DNA of 64,000 bases from Scyliorhinus canicula (Eukaryota), in contig NW_024055498.1 in NCBI RefSeq assembly GCF_902713615.1, positions 1,516,527-1,580,526 on the forward strand. Reading direction: 5' to 3'. Made by a program: the position numbers and the translations under genes. The notes under the pieces are model-generated. The model was not told the origin of the DNA, did no database searches, and saw nothing but the letters and a program-made list of their open reading frames with translations. Positions 53,801 through 64,000 of the stretch are shown piece after piece (positions within the stretch are counted from its first letter, which is position 1; each line of letters begins with the position of its first letter).

Positions 53801-56800
53801 ACGCACCCACCCTCACCCAGCCTCACTCACCCACCCTCACTAACCAACCCTCACCCAGCCTCACTCACCCACCCTCACTAACCAATCCTCACCCAGCCTC
53901 ACTCACCCACCCTCACTAACCAACCCTCACCCAGCCTCACTCACCCACCCTCACTAACCAACCCTCACCCACCCTCACTAACCAACCCTCACCCAGCCTC
54001 ACTCACCACCCTCACTAACCAACCCTCACCCACCCTCACTAACCAACCCTCACCCAGCCTCACTCACCCACCCTCACTAACCAACCCTCACCCAGCCTCA
54101 CTCACCCAGCCGCACTCACCCACCCTCACCCAGCCTCACTCACCCACCCTCACCCAGCCTCACTCACCAACCCTCACCCAGCCTCACTAACCAACCCTCA
54201 CCCAGCCTCACTCACCAACCCTCACCCAGCCTCACTCACCCACCCTCACTAACCAACCCTCACCCAGCCTCACTAACCAACCCTCACTAACCAACCCTCA
54301 CCCAGCCTCACTCACCCACCCTCACTAACCAACCCCCACCCAGCCTCACTCACCCACCCTCACACAGCCTCACCCACCCACACTCACTAACCAACCCTCA
54401 CCCAGTCTCACTCATCCACCCTCACTAACTAACCCTCTCCCAGCCTCACTCACCCACCCTCACTAACCAGCCCTCACCCGGCCTCACTCACCCACCCTCA
54501 CTAACCAGCCCTCACCCGGCCTCACTCACCCACCCTCACTAACCAACCCTCACCCAGCCTCACTAACCAACCCTCACCCAGCCTCACTCACCCACCCTCA
54601 CTAACCAACCCTCACCCAGCCTCAGTCACCCACCCTCACTAACCAACCCTCACCCAGCCTCACTAACCAACCCTCACTAACCAACCCTCACCCAGCCTCA
54701 CTCACCCACCCTCACTAACCAACCCCCACCCAGCCTCACTCACCCACCCTCACACAGCCTCACCCACCCACCCTCACTAACCAACCCTCACCCAGTCTCA
54801 CTCACCCACCCTCACTAACTAACCCTCTCCCAGCCTCACTCACCCACCCTCACTAACCAACACTCACCCAGCCTCACACACCCACCCTCACTAACCAACC
54901 CTCACCCAGCCTCGCTCACCCACCCTCACTAACCAACCCTCACCCAGCCTCACTCACCCACCCTCACTCACCAACCCTCACCCAGCTACACACACCCACC
55001 CTCACTAACCAACCCTCACCCAGCCTCACTCACCCACCCTCACTAACCAACCCTCACCCAGCCTCACTCACCCACCCTCACACAGCCTCACCCACCCACC
55101 CTCACTAACCAACCCTCACCCACCCTCACTAACCAACCCTCACCCACCCTCACTCACCAACCCTCACCCAGCCTCACTCACCCACCCTCACTAACCAACC
55201 CTCACCCAGCCTCACTAACCAACCCTCACCCACCCTCATTCACCCTCTCTAACCAACCCTCACCCAGCCTCACTCACCCACCCTCACTAACCAACCCTCA
55301 CCCAGCCTCACTCACCCACCCTCACTAACCAGCCCTCACCCGGCCTCACTCACCCACCCTCACTAACCAGCCCTCACCCGGCCTCACTCACCCACCCTCA
55401 CTAACCAACCCTCACCCAGCCTCACTAACCAACCCTCACCCAGCCTCACTCACCCACCCTCACTAACCAACCCTCACCCAGCCTCACTCACCCACCCTCA
55501 CTAACCAACCCTCACCCAGCCTCACTAACCAACCCTCACTAACCAACCCTCACCCAGCCTCACTCACCCACCCTCACTAACCAACCCCCACCCAGCCTCA
55601 CTCACCCACCCTCACACAGCCTCACCCACCCACCCTCACTAACCACCCCTCACCCAGTCTCACTCACCCACCCTCACTAACTAACCCTCTCCCAGCCTCA
55701 CTCACCCACCCTCACTAACCAACCCTCACCCAGCCTCACACACCCACCCTCACTAACCAACCCTCACCCAGCCTCGCTCACCCACCCTCACTAACCAACC
55801 CTCACCCAGCCTCACTCACCCACCCTCACTCACCAACCCTCACCCAGCTTCACACACCCACCCTCACTAACCAACCCTCACCAAGCCTCACTCACCCACC
55901 CTCACTAACCAACCCTCACCCAGCCTCACTCACCCACCCTCACACAGCCTCACCCACCCACCCTCACTAACCAACCCTCACCCACCCTCACTTACCAACC
56001 CTCACCCACCCTCACTCACCAACCCTCACCCAGCCTCACTCAACCACCCTCACTAACCAACCCTCACCCAGCCTCACTCACCCATCCTCACTAACCAACC
56101 CTCACCCAGCCTCACTCACCCACCCTCACTAACCAACCCTCACCCAGCCTCACTCACCCACCCTCACACAGCCTCACTCACCCACCCTCACTAACTAACC
56201 CTCACCCAGCCTCACTCACCCACCCTCACTAACCAACCCTCACCCAGCCTCACTCACCCACACTCACTAACCAACCCTCACTCAGCCTCACTCACCCACC
56301 CTCACCCAGCCTTACTCACCCACCCTCACTAACCAACCTTCACCCAGCCTCACTCACCCACCCTCACTAGCCAACCCTCACCCACCGTCACTCACCCACC
56401 CTCACCCAGCCTCACTCACCCACCCTCACTAACCAACCCTCACCCAGCCTCACTCACCCACCCTCGCTAACCAACCCTCACCCAGTCTCACACACTCACC
56501 CTCACTAACCAACCCTCACCCAGCCACACTCACCCACCCTCACTAACCAACCCTCACCCAGCCTCACTCACCCACCCTCACTAACCAACCCCTACCCAGC
56601 CTCACTCACCCACCCTCACTAACCAACCCTCACCCAGCCTCACTCACCCACCCTCACTAACCAACCCTCACCCAGCCTCACTCACCCACCCTCACTAACC
56701 AACCCTCACCCAGCCTCACTCACCCACCCTCACTAACCAACCCTCACCCAGTCTCACACACCCACCCTCACTAACCAACACTCACCCAGCCTCACTCACC

Positions 56801-59800
56801 CACACTCAATCACCACACTCACTCACCAACTCTCACTCACACTCACTCACACTTACTCACCAACCCTCACCCACCCTCATTCACTCTCACTCACTCGCCC
56901 ACCCTCACCCACACTCACATTCACTCACCCACACTCAACCACCCCACTCACTCACACTCACTCACCAGCCCTCACCCACCCTCACTCATTCATCCCCACT
57001 CACCCTCATTGACTCTCACTCACTCACCCACCCTACCCACACTCACACTCACTCACCCTCACTCACCAACCCTCACTGACACTCACTCACCCACACTCAA
57101 CTACCCCACTCACACTCACTCACCCTCACTCACCAACCCTCACTCACCCTCACTCACCCACCCTCACCCAGCCTCACTCACCCACCCTCACTAACCAACC
57201 CTCACACTCATTCACCTACACTGAATCACCCACTCACACTCATTCACCCCCACTCACCCTCACTCACCAACCTTCACGCACCCTCATTCACTCTCACTCA
57301 CTCACCCACCCTACCCACACTCACTCACACTCACTGACCCTCACTCACCAACCCTCACTGACACTCACTCACCCACACTCAACTACCCCACTCACACTCA
57401 CTCACCCTCACTCACCAACCCTCACTCACCCTCACTCACCAACCATCTACCACCCTCACTCACTCGCACTCATTCACCCATACTGAATCACCCACTCACA
57501 CTCATTTACCCCCACTCACCCTCACTCACCAACCCTCACGCACCCTCATTCACTCTCACTCACTCACCCACCCTACCCACACTCACTCACACACACTGAC
57601 CCTCACTCACAAACCCTCACTGACACTCGCTCACCCACACTCAACTACCCCACTCACACTCACTCACCCTCACTCACCAACCCTCACTCACACTCACTCA
57701 CCAGTCCTCACTCACTCACACTCACTTATTCACTCACTCCACACAACTTAATTCACTCCCCTCACTCAACTAGTCTCACACACCCACCCTCGCTCACTTT
57801 TCATAACTCACCCACCCTCACTCACCCACACTCATTCACCCTCACTCATCCACCCTCATTTACTCAACCCCATTTCCCAGCCCTCACTGAGCCTCACCTT
57901 CATTCACCTACCTTCACTCACTCAGTAGGCCTCATTCACACATGCTCACTCACACACTGTCACTCACTCTCCATCACTCATCCACCCTCCATTACTCACG
58001 CAGCCACATTCATGAAGCTCAGCTCACCCAAACTCTCACTCAACACCAAACCGCCCACCCATGTATTTACATGATGTGGTGATGCCGGCGTTGGACTGGG
58101 GTGAGCTCAGTAAGAAGTCTGACAACACTAGATTAAAGTCCAACAGGTTTGTTTCAAACACGAGCTTTCGGAGCACTGCACCTTCCTCAGGTGAGTGAAA
58201 AGGTAGGTTCCAGAAATATATACAGACAGAAATCTGTATGCATGTTTCTGGAACATACCTCTTCATTCGGGCAGCACGGTAGCATGGTGGTTAGCATAAA
58301 TGCTTCACAGCTCCAGGGTCCCAGGTTCGATTCCCGGCTGGGTCACTGTCTGTGCGGAGTCTGCACATCCTCCCCGTGTGTGCGTGAAAAGGCAGAGAGC
58401 CGGGGGAAAGCATAGGGAGACTGGGAAAAGGTAGAGAAGTGGGGAAAAGCGTAGGGAGACTGGGAAAAGGTAGAGAAGTGGTGAAAAGTGCAGGAAGCCT
58501 GGGAAAAGGTAGAGACGGGGGAAGCGCAGGGAGCCTGGGAAAGAATAGAGAGCTGGGGAAAAGTGCAGGGAGCCTGGGAAACGGTAGAGACGGGGAAGGG
58601 GGCGGGAGGGGAAAGCACAGGAAGCCTGGGAAAAGGTAGGGAGCCTGGAAAAGACGAGAGCTGAGTAGTGAGCAGGTGAGATGACCAGAGAGCTGAGCGC
58701 AGACCGGGGAGAGAAGCTAAGCTGCAGGAACAAGGGGAAAAGTGATAATTGCTGGGGCAAAAGCCAATAATCAGGGGGCAAAGTGCCATGTTCTGGGGAA
58801 AAGCACAAAGAGCAAGTGGAATGTTCCAGAAGCTGAGGCAAAGAGCAAACAACCTGGAAAGGTGCAGCTGGGCAAATTATAGAAGTGGAGGAAAGATCAG
58901 AGAGCTGGGAAAAGGACAGGAAGCTGATTATCGCGGATACATGGAATGCGGAGTTCATCCCACAATCTGCTCCGCCATAATCATATTGAATGGTGCAGGA
59001 GACCCGAGGGACCGAATGGCCGCATCCCGCTTTTAATGTCCAGGGTCCTGTAATTGGAGAATTTTGGAGTTACTTGCACATGTGCTCAAATGTAGGATGT
59101 TATCGTCATTATGTAAGTATCTGGAAGATTTTTCTGAAGCAAAGTCACGACTCCTTGTTTTGGGGAGTGGGGGTAGTGAGGTGGAGAGAGGAGGGACATC
59201 AGTCAGTTTGAACACAGGCAATTTCCAAAATAGCAATGACAGAAATGGAGAGACAACTTCTTTATCACAAAGTGCAGTTGATGGAAAAAAACATTGGTGG
59301 CATAAATAATTGGGAAAACCCTCCGCTCTGCTCATTGAAAGTAATGAATGGTACGTTTTCAGATGACATCAAAATGCTACATTTCTGCGAGGTGTTAGAA
59401 ATGGAGAAAGAGGTGTGAGTTTCTACAGAAGGAGTAAACAAATGGTGATTCTCAAATGTTAGAAGTAACAGAAGCTCAAGTATTGATGCAGTTTTAATGC
59501 GAACATGTGAGGATAAATTTGTAACTGTATCCAAATTCTAAGTTGTATGATATCTTAATGACAAGTCCCAGAGTCTAACTTGTTCAATTGGCCATTCTCT
59601 CCCAGCGACACCGTCTCCGCCCACTCTCTACAGCCTGGTCTCCTGTCAGCAACACAACACCGACGGCTCTGTGACCTTCGGCTGTTTGGCAATGGACTAC
59701 TCCCCAGAAATCACCAGCCTTACCTGGAAGAAAGATGGGCAGCAGATCACCACTGGAGTTAAGAAATACCCGTCAGTGAGAAACAAGAAGGGAACCTACA

Positions 59801-62800
59801 CTCTGAGCAGCCAGTTAATCATCACCGAGTCAGAGGGGGAATGCAGCAAAATCAGCTGTGAGGTTCGACACAGCGGCTCAGACAAGAGCATTGGAATGAC
59901 ATGTAAGTGCTGTGGAAACTGTGAGAAACAGATGCTTTGATTACTTTATTTAAATCTTTGGTCATAACACATTGATGGTTCTCTGCACAGTTCTGATTCC
60001 TGAGAGAAATAGTGACCACAGAGAAACTGTTCAAAATATAATTAGTCATTTTATTCCTTACAACATCTTCTTCAAGAAATGTCTAACTTGTGTTTCTTGA
60101 AGGTCCTCTACCTGACATCCATCCAAATGTTCTCCTCACCGTCAGTTCTAATGAAGAAATCACAAGACAGAAATTTGCAACCATGGTCTGTTCAATCAAC
60201 GATTTCAGTCCAAAGTCAATGACGGTGAAGTGGCTGAAGAATGGACAAGCCATGGGTTCAGGAATTGTCACCTCTCCCGCCTGTGAAGTGAACGGGAACT
60301 TCTCGGCGAGCAGTCGACTGACAGTCTCTGCTGGGGAATGGTTCAGCAAAGCGGTCTATACCTGCCAGGTCACTCATCAAGAGGTCATCCAAAGTCTCAA
60401 CATCACCGCATCTGGTAAGAGACACAAACAGAGGAAACAGTAAATCATCCTGCACTCTGATGTTAATCCAAATCAGGAATGTACTGAAGTTAGTGCAAAG
60501 CGCAGAATAACTTCTAATTTACTGCCATGTAGTTTGTGTTTCATTCTGATGTAAGAGCTGCATTAGGATTGATCACCATTCAGGATTTGATCAGTATAGA
60601 AATAAATGTTTCCCTCTAACCTGAAGTAATGTAGGGAGTGAGGTGGATTTGATATCAGCTTTATCCTGAGACAGCTGATTAAATTGCAGAGGCAATGGCT
60701 GTCTGGAACCCTTTACTGAAACCAGCTCGGGACGAAGATTTTGGAAAGTTCATTCAAGATATTTATCAAGCAGCCTTCCATATTAGGGTTCTGAGATCAG
60801 GACTGGAATATTTGTATTGGGAATGCTGTAATACTGATTCATTAGAATGGTTTCGAGGCTGACTGTATTTCACAATGAGAATAGTTTTCACAAACCAAAC
60901 TGGTTTTCCATTGTGTATAGAAGATTTAAAGGCGATCATTAGAGGTTGTTATTTCGAAGTTGATTTATTCCCATTGAGTGAGTGAAGGCTGAATCCTGCT
61001 GTCCTGATTCTGAAGATGAAACTTGGGTTGATTTCCACTTTTTTCATTCACAGATCCTTCCGTTTGCACTGATGCCTCAGTAACAATACTGCCACCACCA
61101 ATAGAACAGGTCTTACTGGAGGCGACTGTAACCTTAACCTGCGTCATTTCGAATGCTCCTTATGGAGTCAACGTGTCCTGGAGTGAAGCGAAGAAGCCGC
61201 TGAAATCAGAGATTGCCGACCAGCCTGGGGCAGATACTGAGAGCGTGGTCAGCAAATTAAACATCTCCACACAAGCCTGGCTGAGTGGGGCTGTGTTTGA
61301 CTGTGTGGCGAGCCATCAGGACCTGCCAACTCCTTTAAGAATTTCAACTCACAAAAAAATAGGTGAGCGGTGAGACTGAAGCAATAAGTGAGTCATTGTG
61401 TCTATTTCTAGTGTCAGTGCAGCGGTCAGTATTTAGCATTCAGTGTATTTATGGTCCATCCTGATTGGTAATTCCACTAACTGAATACTCTGGGCATTTA
61501 GAGTTTAAGGGGGAAATTGATATGCAGATGAATGAACAATGAATTAAACCCAGTGATATTGGGTGTAGATGAAGCGAGACCATAGACCACAAGACTTAGG
61601 AGCAGATGTAGGCCATTGGGCCCATTAACACCGGTCCAGCCTTCAGTGAGGTCATGACTGATCTGATGTGATAATCTTCAACTCCTCTTTCCCGCCTTAT
61701 CACCATATCTCTTGATGCTTTTACTGATTTAAAATATGTGTCCCTCAACCTTGAACGTACTGACCGACCCAGAATCTGAGGTCGTCATCATTCTTCTAAA
61801 CTCCAATAAGTACAGCCCAGCCGACTTAACCTCTCCCTGTAAGAAAATCCCTCCATACTCGGGATCAACCTCGTGATCCTTCTCTGGACTGCCTTCAAAA
61901 CCAATCTGTCTTCCTTAGATACGGGCACCAAAACTATTCAAAGTATATCAGGTGTTGTCTAACTAATTCCCCAGTTTTAGCTAGGCTTCCCCATTGTTAT
62001 ATTCTACTCCCTTTAAAATAAAGATCAGCATTCAATTTGCCTCCATATTACCTGCAGAACTTACTTTTTGTGGTTTCTGCACGAGGGCCCCCAATTCCCC
62101 CATTACTTCAGCTTTCTTCAGTCTTTCTCTATATAAATGGGGCCTTACGGTAGCATGGTGGTTAGCATCAATGCTTCACAGCTCCAGGGTCCCAGGTTCG
62201 ATTCCCGGCTGGGTCACTGTCTGTGTGGAGTCTGCATGTCCGCCCTGTGCGTGGGTTTCCTCCGAGTGCTCCGGTTTCCTCCCACAGTCCAAAGATGTGC
62301 GGGTTAGGTGGATTGGCCATGCTAAATTGCCCATAGTGTAAGGTTAATGGGGGGATTGTTGGGTTACGGGTATACGGGTTACGTGGGTTTAAGTAGGGTG
62401 ATCATTGCTCGGCACAACATCGAGGGCTGAAGGGCCTGTTCTGTGCTGTACTGTTCTAAGTCTAAATCTAAATAATAACTCTTTATGTTCTTCCTTCTAC
62501 CAAAGTGTCTAACCTCACATTCTCTGTCCCTCTGTGGATTTCCTGTAATCCTCACCACTTGCCTTTTTACCTATTTTTTGTCATCTGCATGGGAATAGTA
62601 CATTCATTTATCAATCACCGTTTTGAAATTCATGTATTGCCCCACCCCCTCCCCCTCCCCCTCCCTCTCTTGCCTTCTCGTCATCACCTCAAATAAGGGC
62701 ACTAAATTTGTCAGGCATGATTTATCCTTCCCGAAGCCGTGCTGACTCTGTTTGATTATATTGAGTATTTCTAAATGCTCAGCTATTGGATCTGTTATAA

Positions 62801-63664
62801 TGGACTCGAACCGTTTTCCACTGACAGATGTTAAGGTCCCTGGCCTATAGTTACCTGTGTTTGACTCCCTCCCCTTTTGAAGGGTGTAGGGTGGATACGT
62901 GGGTTTGAGTCAGGTGATTATGGCTCGGCACAACATCGAGGGCCGAAGGGCCTGTTCTGTGCTGTACTGTTCTATGTTCTAAGGTGGGAGGAGCCTGGTG
63001 TGGAGTTTATACACCAGCACAGAACAGTTGGGCCGAATGGACTGTTTCCCTGCTGTTGACTTTCTGAAACTTTCGAATCCAATATCCGTGAATTCTCAGG
63101 GAAAAGGATTGTGTCCACCTCTGCACCGAGCTGGGAACCCGGACTGATCCCAAAGTGGAAAATGGAAACCTTTAAAATCCAACACAAAACACATTTCTCT
63201 CACATCTAACCCGCGGTTCCATTGTCTCCGGAATTCCCCATTTTATTGACATTTATTGTACATTTTCTGCAGATCCCAATCCGCGGGAACCGTCCGTCTC
63301 TGTCCTCCTGCCCTCGGCTGAAGACGTCTCCGCTCAGAGATTCGTCTCCCTCAGCTGCTTAGTGAGAGGTTTCTCCCCCCGAGAGATCTTCGTCAAGTGG
63401 ACCGTCAATGACAAGCCGGTGAATCCCGGGAACTACAAGAACACCGAGGTGATGGCGGAGAACGGCAATAGCTCCTTCTTCATGTACAGCCTGTTATCCA
63501 TTGCAGCGGAGGAGTGGGCCAGCGGCGCTTCTTACTCCTGTGTGGTGGGACATGAAGCCATCCCCTTGAAGATCATCAACAGAACGGTTGATAAATCCAG
63601 CGGTAAACCCAGTTTTGTGAACATTTCCCTCGCTCTGATGGACACCGTTAATTCATGTCAATGA
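43201..63664 (+). CDS. IGHM: Germline (unrearranged) shark-type IgM heavy-chain cluster L-VH-D1-D2-JH-Cmu1-4, secretory form; span includes introns
   Basis: All exons have GT/AG boundaries in phase 1 and are open. Segment order and ~0.4 kb V-D-D-J spacing match the elasmobranch cluster organisation. Four C domains plus a tailpiece ending SCQ* identify mu. Confidence 0.95.
43387..43691 (+). CDS. IGHV: VH exon, copy 2 (same protein as copy 1)
   Basis: 305 nt, acceptor TTACAG at 43386, intact framework; one silent CCC/CCT difference from copy 1 seen. Confidence 0.96.
43692..43730 (+). other. VH 23-RSS, copy 2
   Basis: CACAGCG + 23 bp + ACAAGAACA. Confidence 0.92.
44084..44164 (+). other. D1 segment (coding 44112-44126) with 12/22 RSS, copy 2
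   Basis: AGTTTTTGT-12-CACTGTG ACTACATCAGTGGGT CACAGTG-22-ACAAAAACC. Confidence 0.95.
44466..44533 (+). other. D2 segment (coding 44494-44505) with 12/12 RSS, copy 2
   Basis: AGTATTTGA-12-CACTGTG ATACATGGGTGG CACAGCA-12-ACAAAAAGC. Confidence 0.93.
44863..44901 (-). other. JH 23-RSS, copy 2
   Basis: GGTTATTGT + 23 bp + CACTGTG. Confidence 0.93.
44902..44949 (+). CDS. IGHJ: JH segment, copy 2 ([15 protein letters not shown])
   Basis: WGQG motif; donor GTAAG at 44950. Confidence 0.96.
45657..45859 (+). repeat. 11-bp minisatellite (TGCATTGTYYC)x18, copy 2, ~700 bp 3' of JH
   Basis: 18 units at an exact 11-bp period. Confidence 0.95.
47456..50018 (+). mobile_element. L1-clade LINE, 5'-truncated, in the J-C intron, with a 15-bp TSD
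   Basis: RT ORF 47457-49001 ([35 protein letters not shown]); frameshifted C-terminal CxxC..H..C motif; AATAAA at 49998 and A-rich tail; TSD AACAATAAATTACAA at 47441-47455 and 50019-50033. Confidence 0.95.
50724..53140 (+). repeat. Compound (CT)n/(CA)n/poly-C repeat with a higher-order unit CTCCCTCATA-Cn-(AC)n-AGT-(CT)n
   Basis: Visible directly; includes a ~29-C run at 50782-50810. Confidence 0.95.
53141..53473 (-). mobile_element. Full-length HE1-like SINE
   Basis: Reverse complement of the family: CATAGAACATAGAAC...GCTAACCACCATGCTACCGTG. Confidence 0.9.
53756..58040 (+). repeat. C/A-rich tandem array with 38-bp higher-order unit CTCACCCAGC-CTCACTCACCCACC-CTCACTAACCAACC; regular to ~56780, then degenerate
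   Basis: Visible directly; about one G per unit on the + strand. Confidence 0.96.
58269..58386 (+). mobile_element. SINE 5' part only (3'-truncated)
   Basis: GGGCAGCACGGTAGCATGG...CCCCGTGTGTGCGTG, then the match ends abruptly. Confidence 0.9.
58387..58925 (+). repeat. G/A-rich degenerate ~39-bp repeat (GGGAGMCTGGGAAAAGGTAGAGA...GGGGAAAAG) grading into an AGCT-dense tract
   Basis: About 6 units over 58415-58650; AGCT at 58551, 58659, 58691, 58715, 58720, 58831, 58866, 58903, 58922. Confidence 0.85.
59606..59902 (+). CDS. IGHM: Cmu1 exon ([16 protein letters not shown]...[19 protein letters not shown]...[21 protein letters not shown])
   Basis: Acceptor CTCCCAG at 59605, donor GTAAGT at 59903; C1-set Cys/Trp/Cys plus the early Cys expected for light-chain pairing. 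Confidence 0.95.
60103..60414 (+). CDS. IGHM: Cmu2 exon ([16 protein letters not shown]...[21 protein letters not shown]...[19 protein letters not shown])
   Basis: Acceptor TTGAAG at 60102, donor GTAAGA at 60415; the first Cys codon is formed across the Cmu1/Cmu2 splice (T|GT). Confidence 0.94.
61054..61362 (+). CDS. IGHM: Cmu3 exon ([31 protein letters not shown]...[22 protein letters not shown])
   Basis: Acceptor TTCACAG at 61053, donor GTGAGC at 61363; open frame; typical shark Cmu3 motif [18 protein letters not shown]. Confidence 0.95.
61580..62870 (-). mobile_element. Decayed CR1 3' fragments in the Cmu3-Cmu4 intron, interrupted by a SINE
   Basis: Reverse-complement CR1 3' UTR (CCATAGACC..AGGAGCAG..TAGGCCATT..GCCC) and RT-like remnants; boundaries approximate. 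Confidence 0.55.
62139..62458 (+). mobile_element. HE1-like SINE in the Cmu3-Cmu4 intron (further tail fragment at ~62880-62980)
   Basis: Family head, core and tail all present. Confidence 0.9.
63273..63664 (+). CDS. IGHM: Cmu4 exon plus secretory tailpiece (...[37 protein letters not shown])
   Basis: Acceptor TTCTGCAG at 63272; internal donor G|GTAAA at 63603 for the membrane form; tailpiece with NIS glycosylation site and penultimate Cys; TGA ends at 63664. Confidence 0.96.
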
Positions 63665-63691
63665 GAATCTATTGGTTATATTTCGAACTAA

Positions 63692-63706
63692 AATAAAAAT
63701 AATAAA
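63692..63706 (+). terminator. Poly(A) signals of the secretory mu transcript
   Basis: AATAAA at 63692 and 63701, ~30-40 nt after the stop codon. Confidence 0.8.
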
Positions 63707-64000
63707 AACGTTTCCTCTAATTGTGATTTAAACATACAGCCACTTGATTAATGGTGTTTCCACTTTACTGATGTTAGATCTGAAAATGAAATGAAAATCA
63801 CTTATTGTCACAAGTAGGCTTCAGTCAAGTTATTGTGAAAAGCCCCTCAGCGCCACATTCCGGCACCTGTTCGGGGAGGCTGGTACGGGAATTGAACCGT
63901 GCTGCTGGCCTGTCGTGGTCTGCTTTATAATCCAGCGATTTTAAACCAGTCTCTGGTCAATGAGACCCGGATTTCTACAGGTCTCAGCCCCAAGTCTGAT

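Noticed and set aside
50709-53881. Long ORFs in the track (695 aa at 50989-53076 and others) rich in S/L/H/T/P
   Set aside because: They are read-through of CT/CA/poly-C microsatellite that lacks stop codons; no domain signature.
53756-58040. CRISPR array or interstitial telomere
   Set aside because: No unique spacers, and the context is eukaryotic. CTAACC occurs once per 38-bp unit but there are no (CCCTAA)n runs.
58305-58958. 217-aa minus-strand ORF over the G-rich repeat
   Set aside because: Low-complexity F/P/S/L translation of the repeat; no coding signal.
59606-63664. IgW or IgNAR assignment
   Set aside because: Four C domains with mu-type motifs and tailpiece, a conventional VH with FR2/CDR2, and two D segments fit IgM; IgNAR has a distinct V and three Ds.
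63665-64000. Mu transmembrane exons
   Set aside because: Only poly(A) signals and a SINE follow the secretory stop; TM exons must lie beyond the window, and only the internal donor at 63603 is visible.

Overview
Cartilaginous-fish (shark-type) genomic DNA carrying an immunoglobulin mu heavy-chain minilocus on the + strand: leader-VH-D1-D2-JH (43201-44949), a 14.66 kb J-C intron, and four intact constant exons Cmu1-Cmu4 with the secretory tailpiece and poly(A) signals (59606-63706). Transmembrane exons are not in the window. All six RSSs are readable, with spacers V23 / 12-D1-22 / 12-D2-12 / 23J. Bases 1-20257 are a near-identical second copy of 27029-47363, including a second L-V-D-D-J. That copy stops at a 13-N gap, so it is most likely an uncollapsed haplotype or contig overlap rather than a real (VDDJ)2-Cmu locus. 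The rest is retroelement-rich: a CR1 LINE with an esterase ORF1 remnant, a 5'-truncated L1 with a 15-bp TSD, RTE and other LINE remnants, many tRNA-derived SINEs and Penelope-like fragments. The most interesting unexplained structure is in the J-C intron: an 11-bp TGCA minisatellite just after JH, about 7 kb of C-rich repeats whose antisense strand has four GGG tracts per 38-bp unit, and then an abrupt flip to a G-rich, AGCT-dense, ~39-bp repeat ending ~680 bp upstream of Cmu1, which resembles a switch region. No CRISPR array, rRNA or true tRNA gene is supported.
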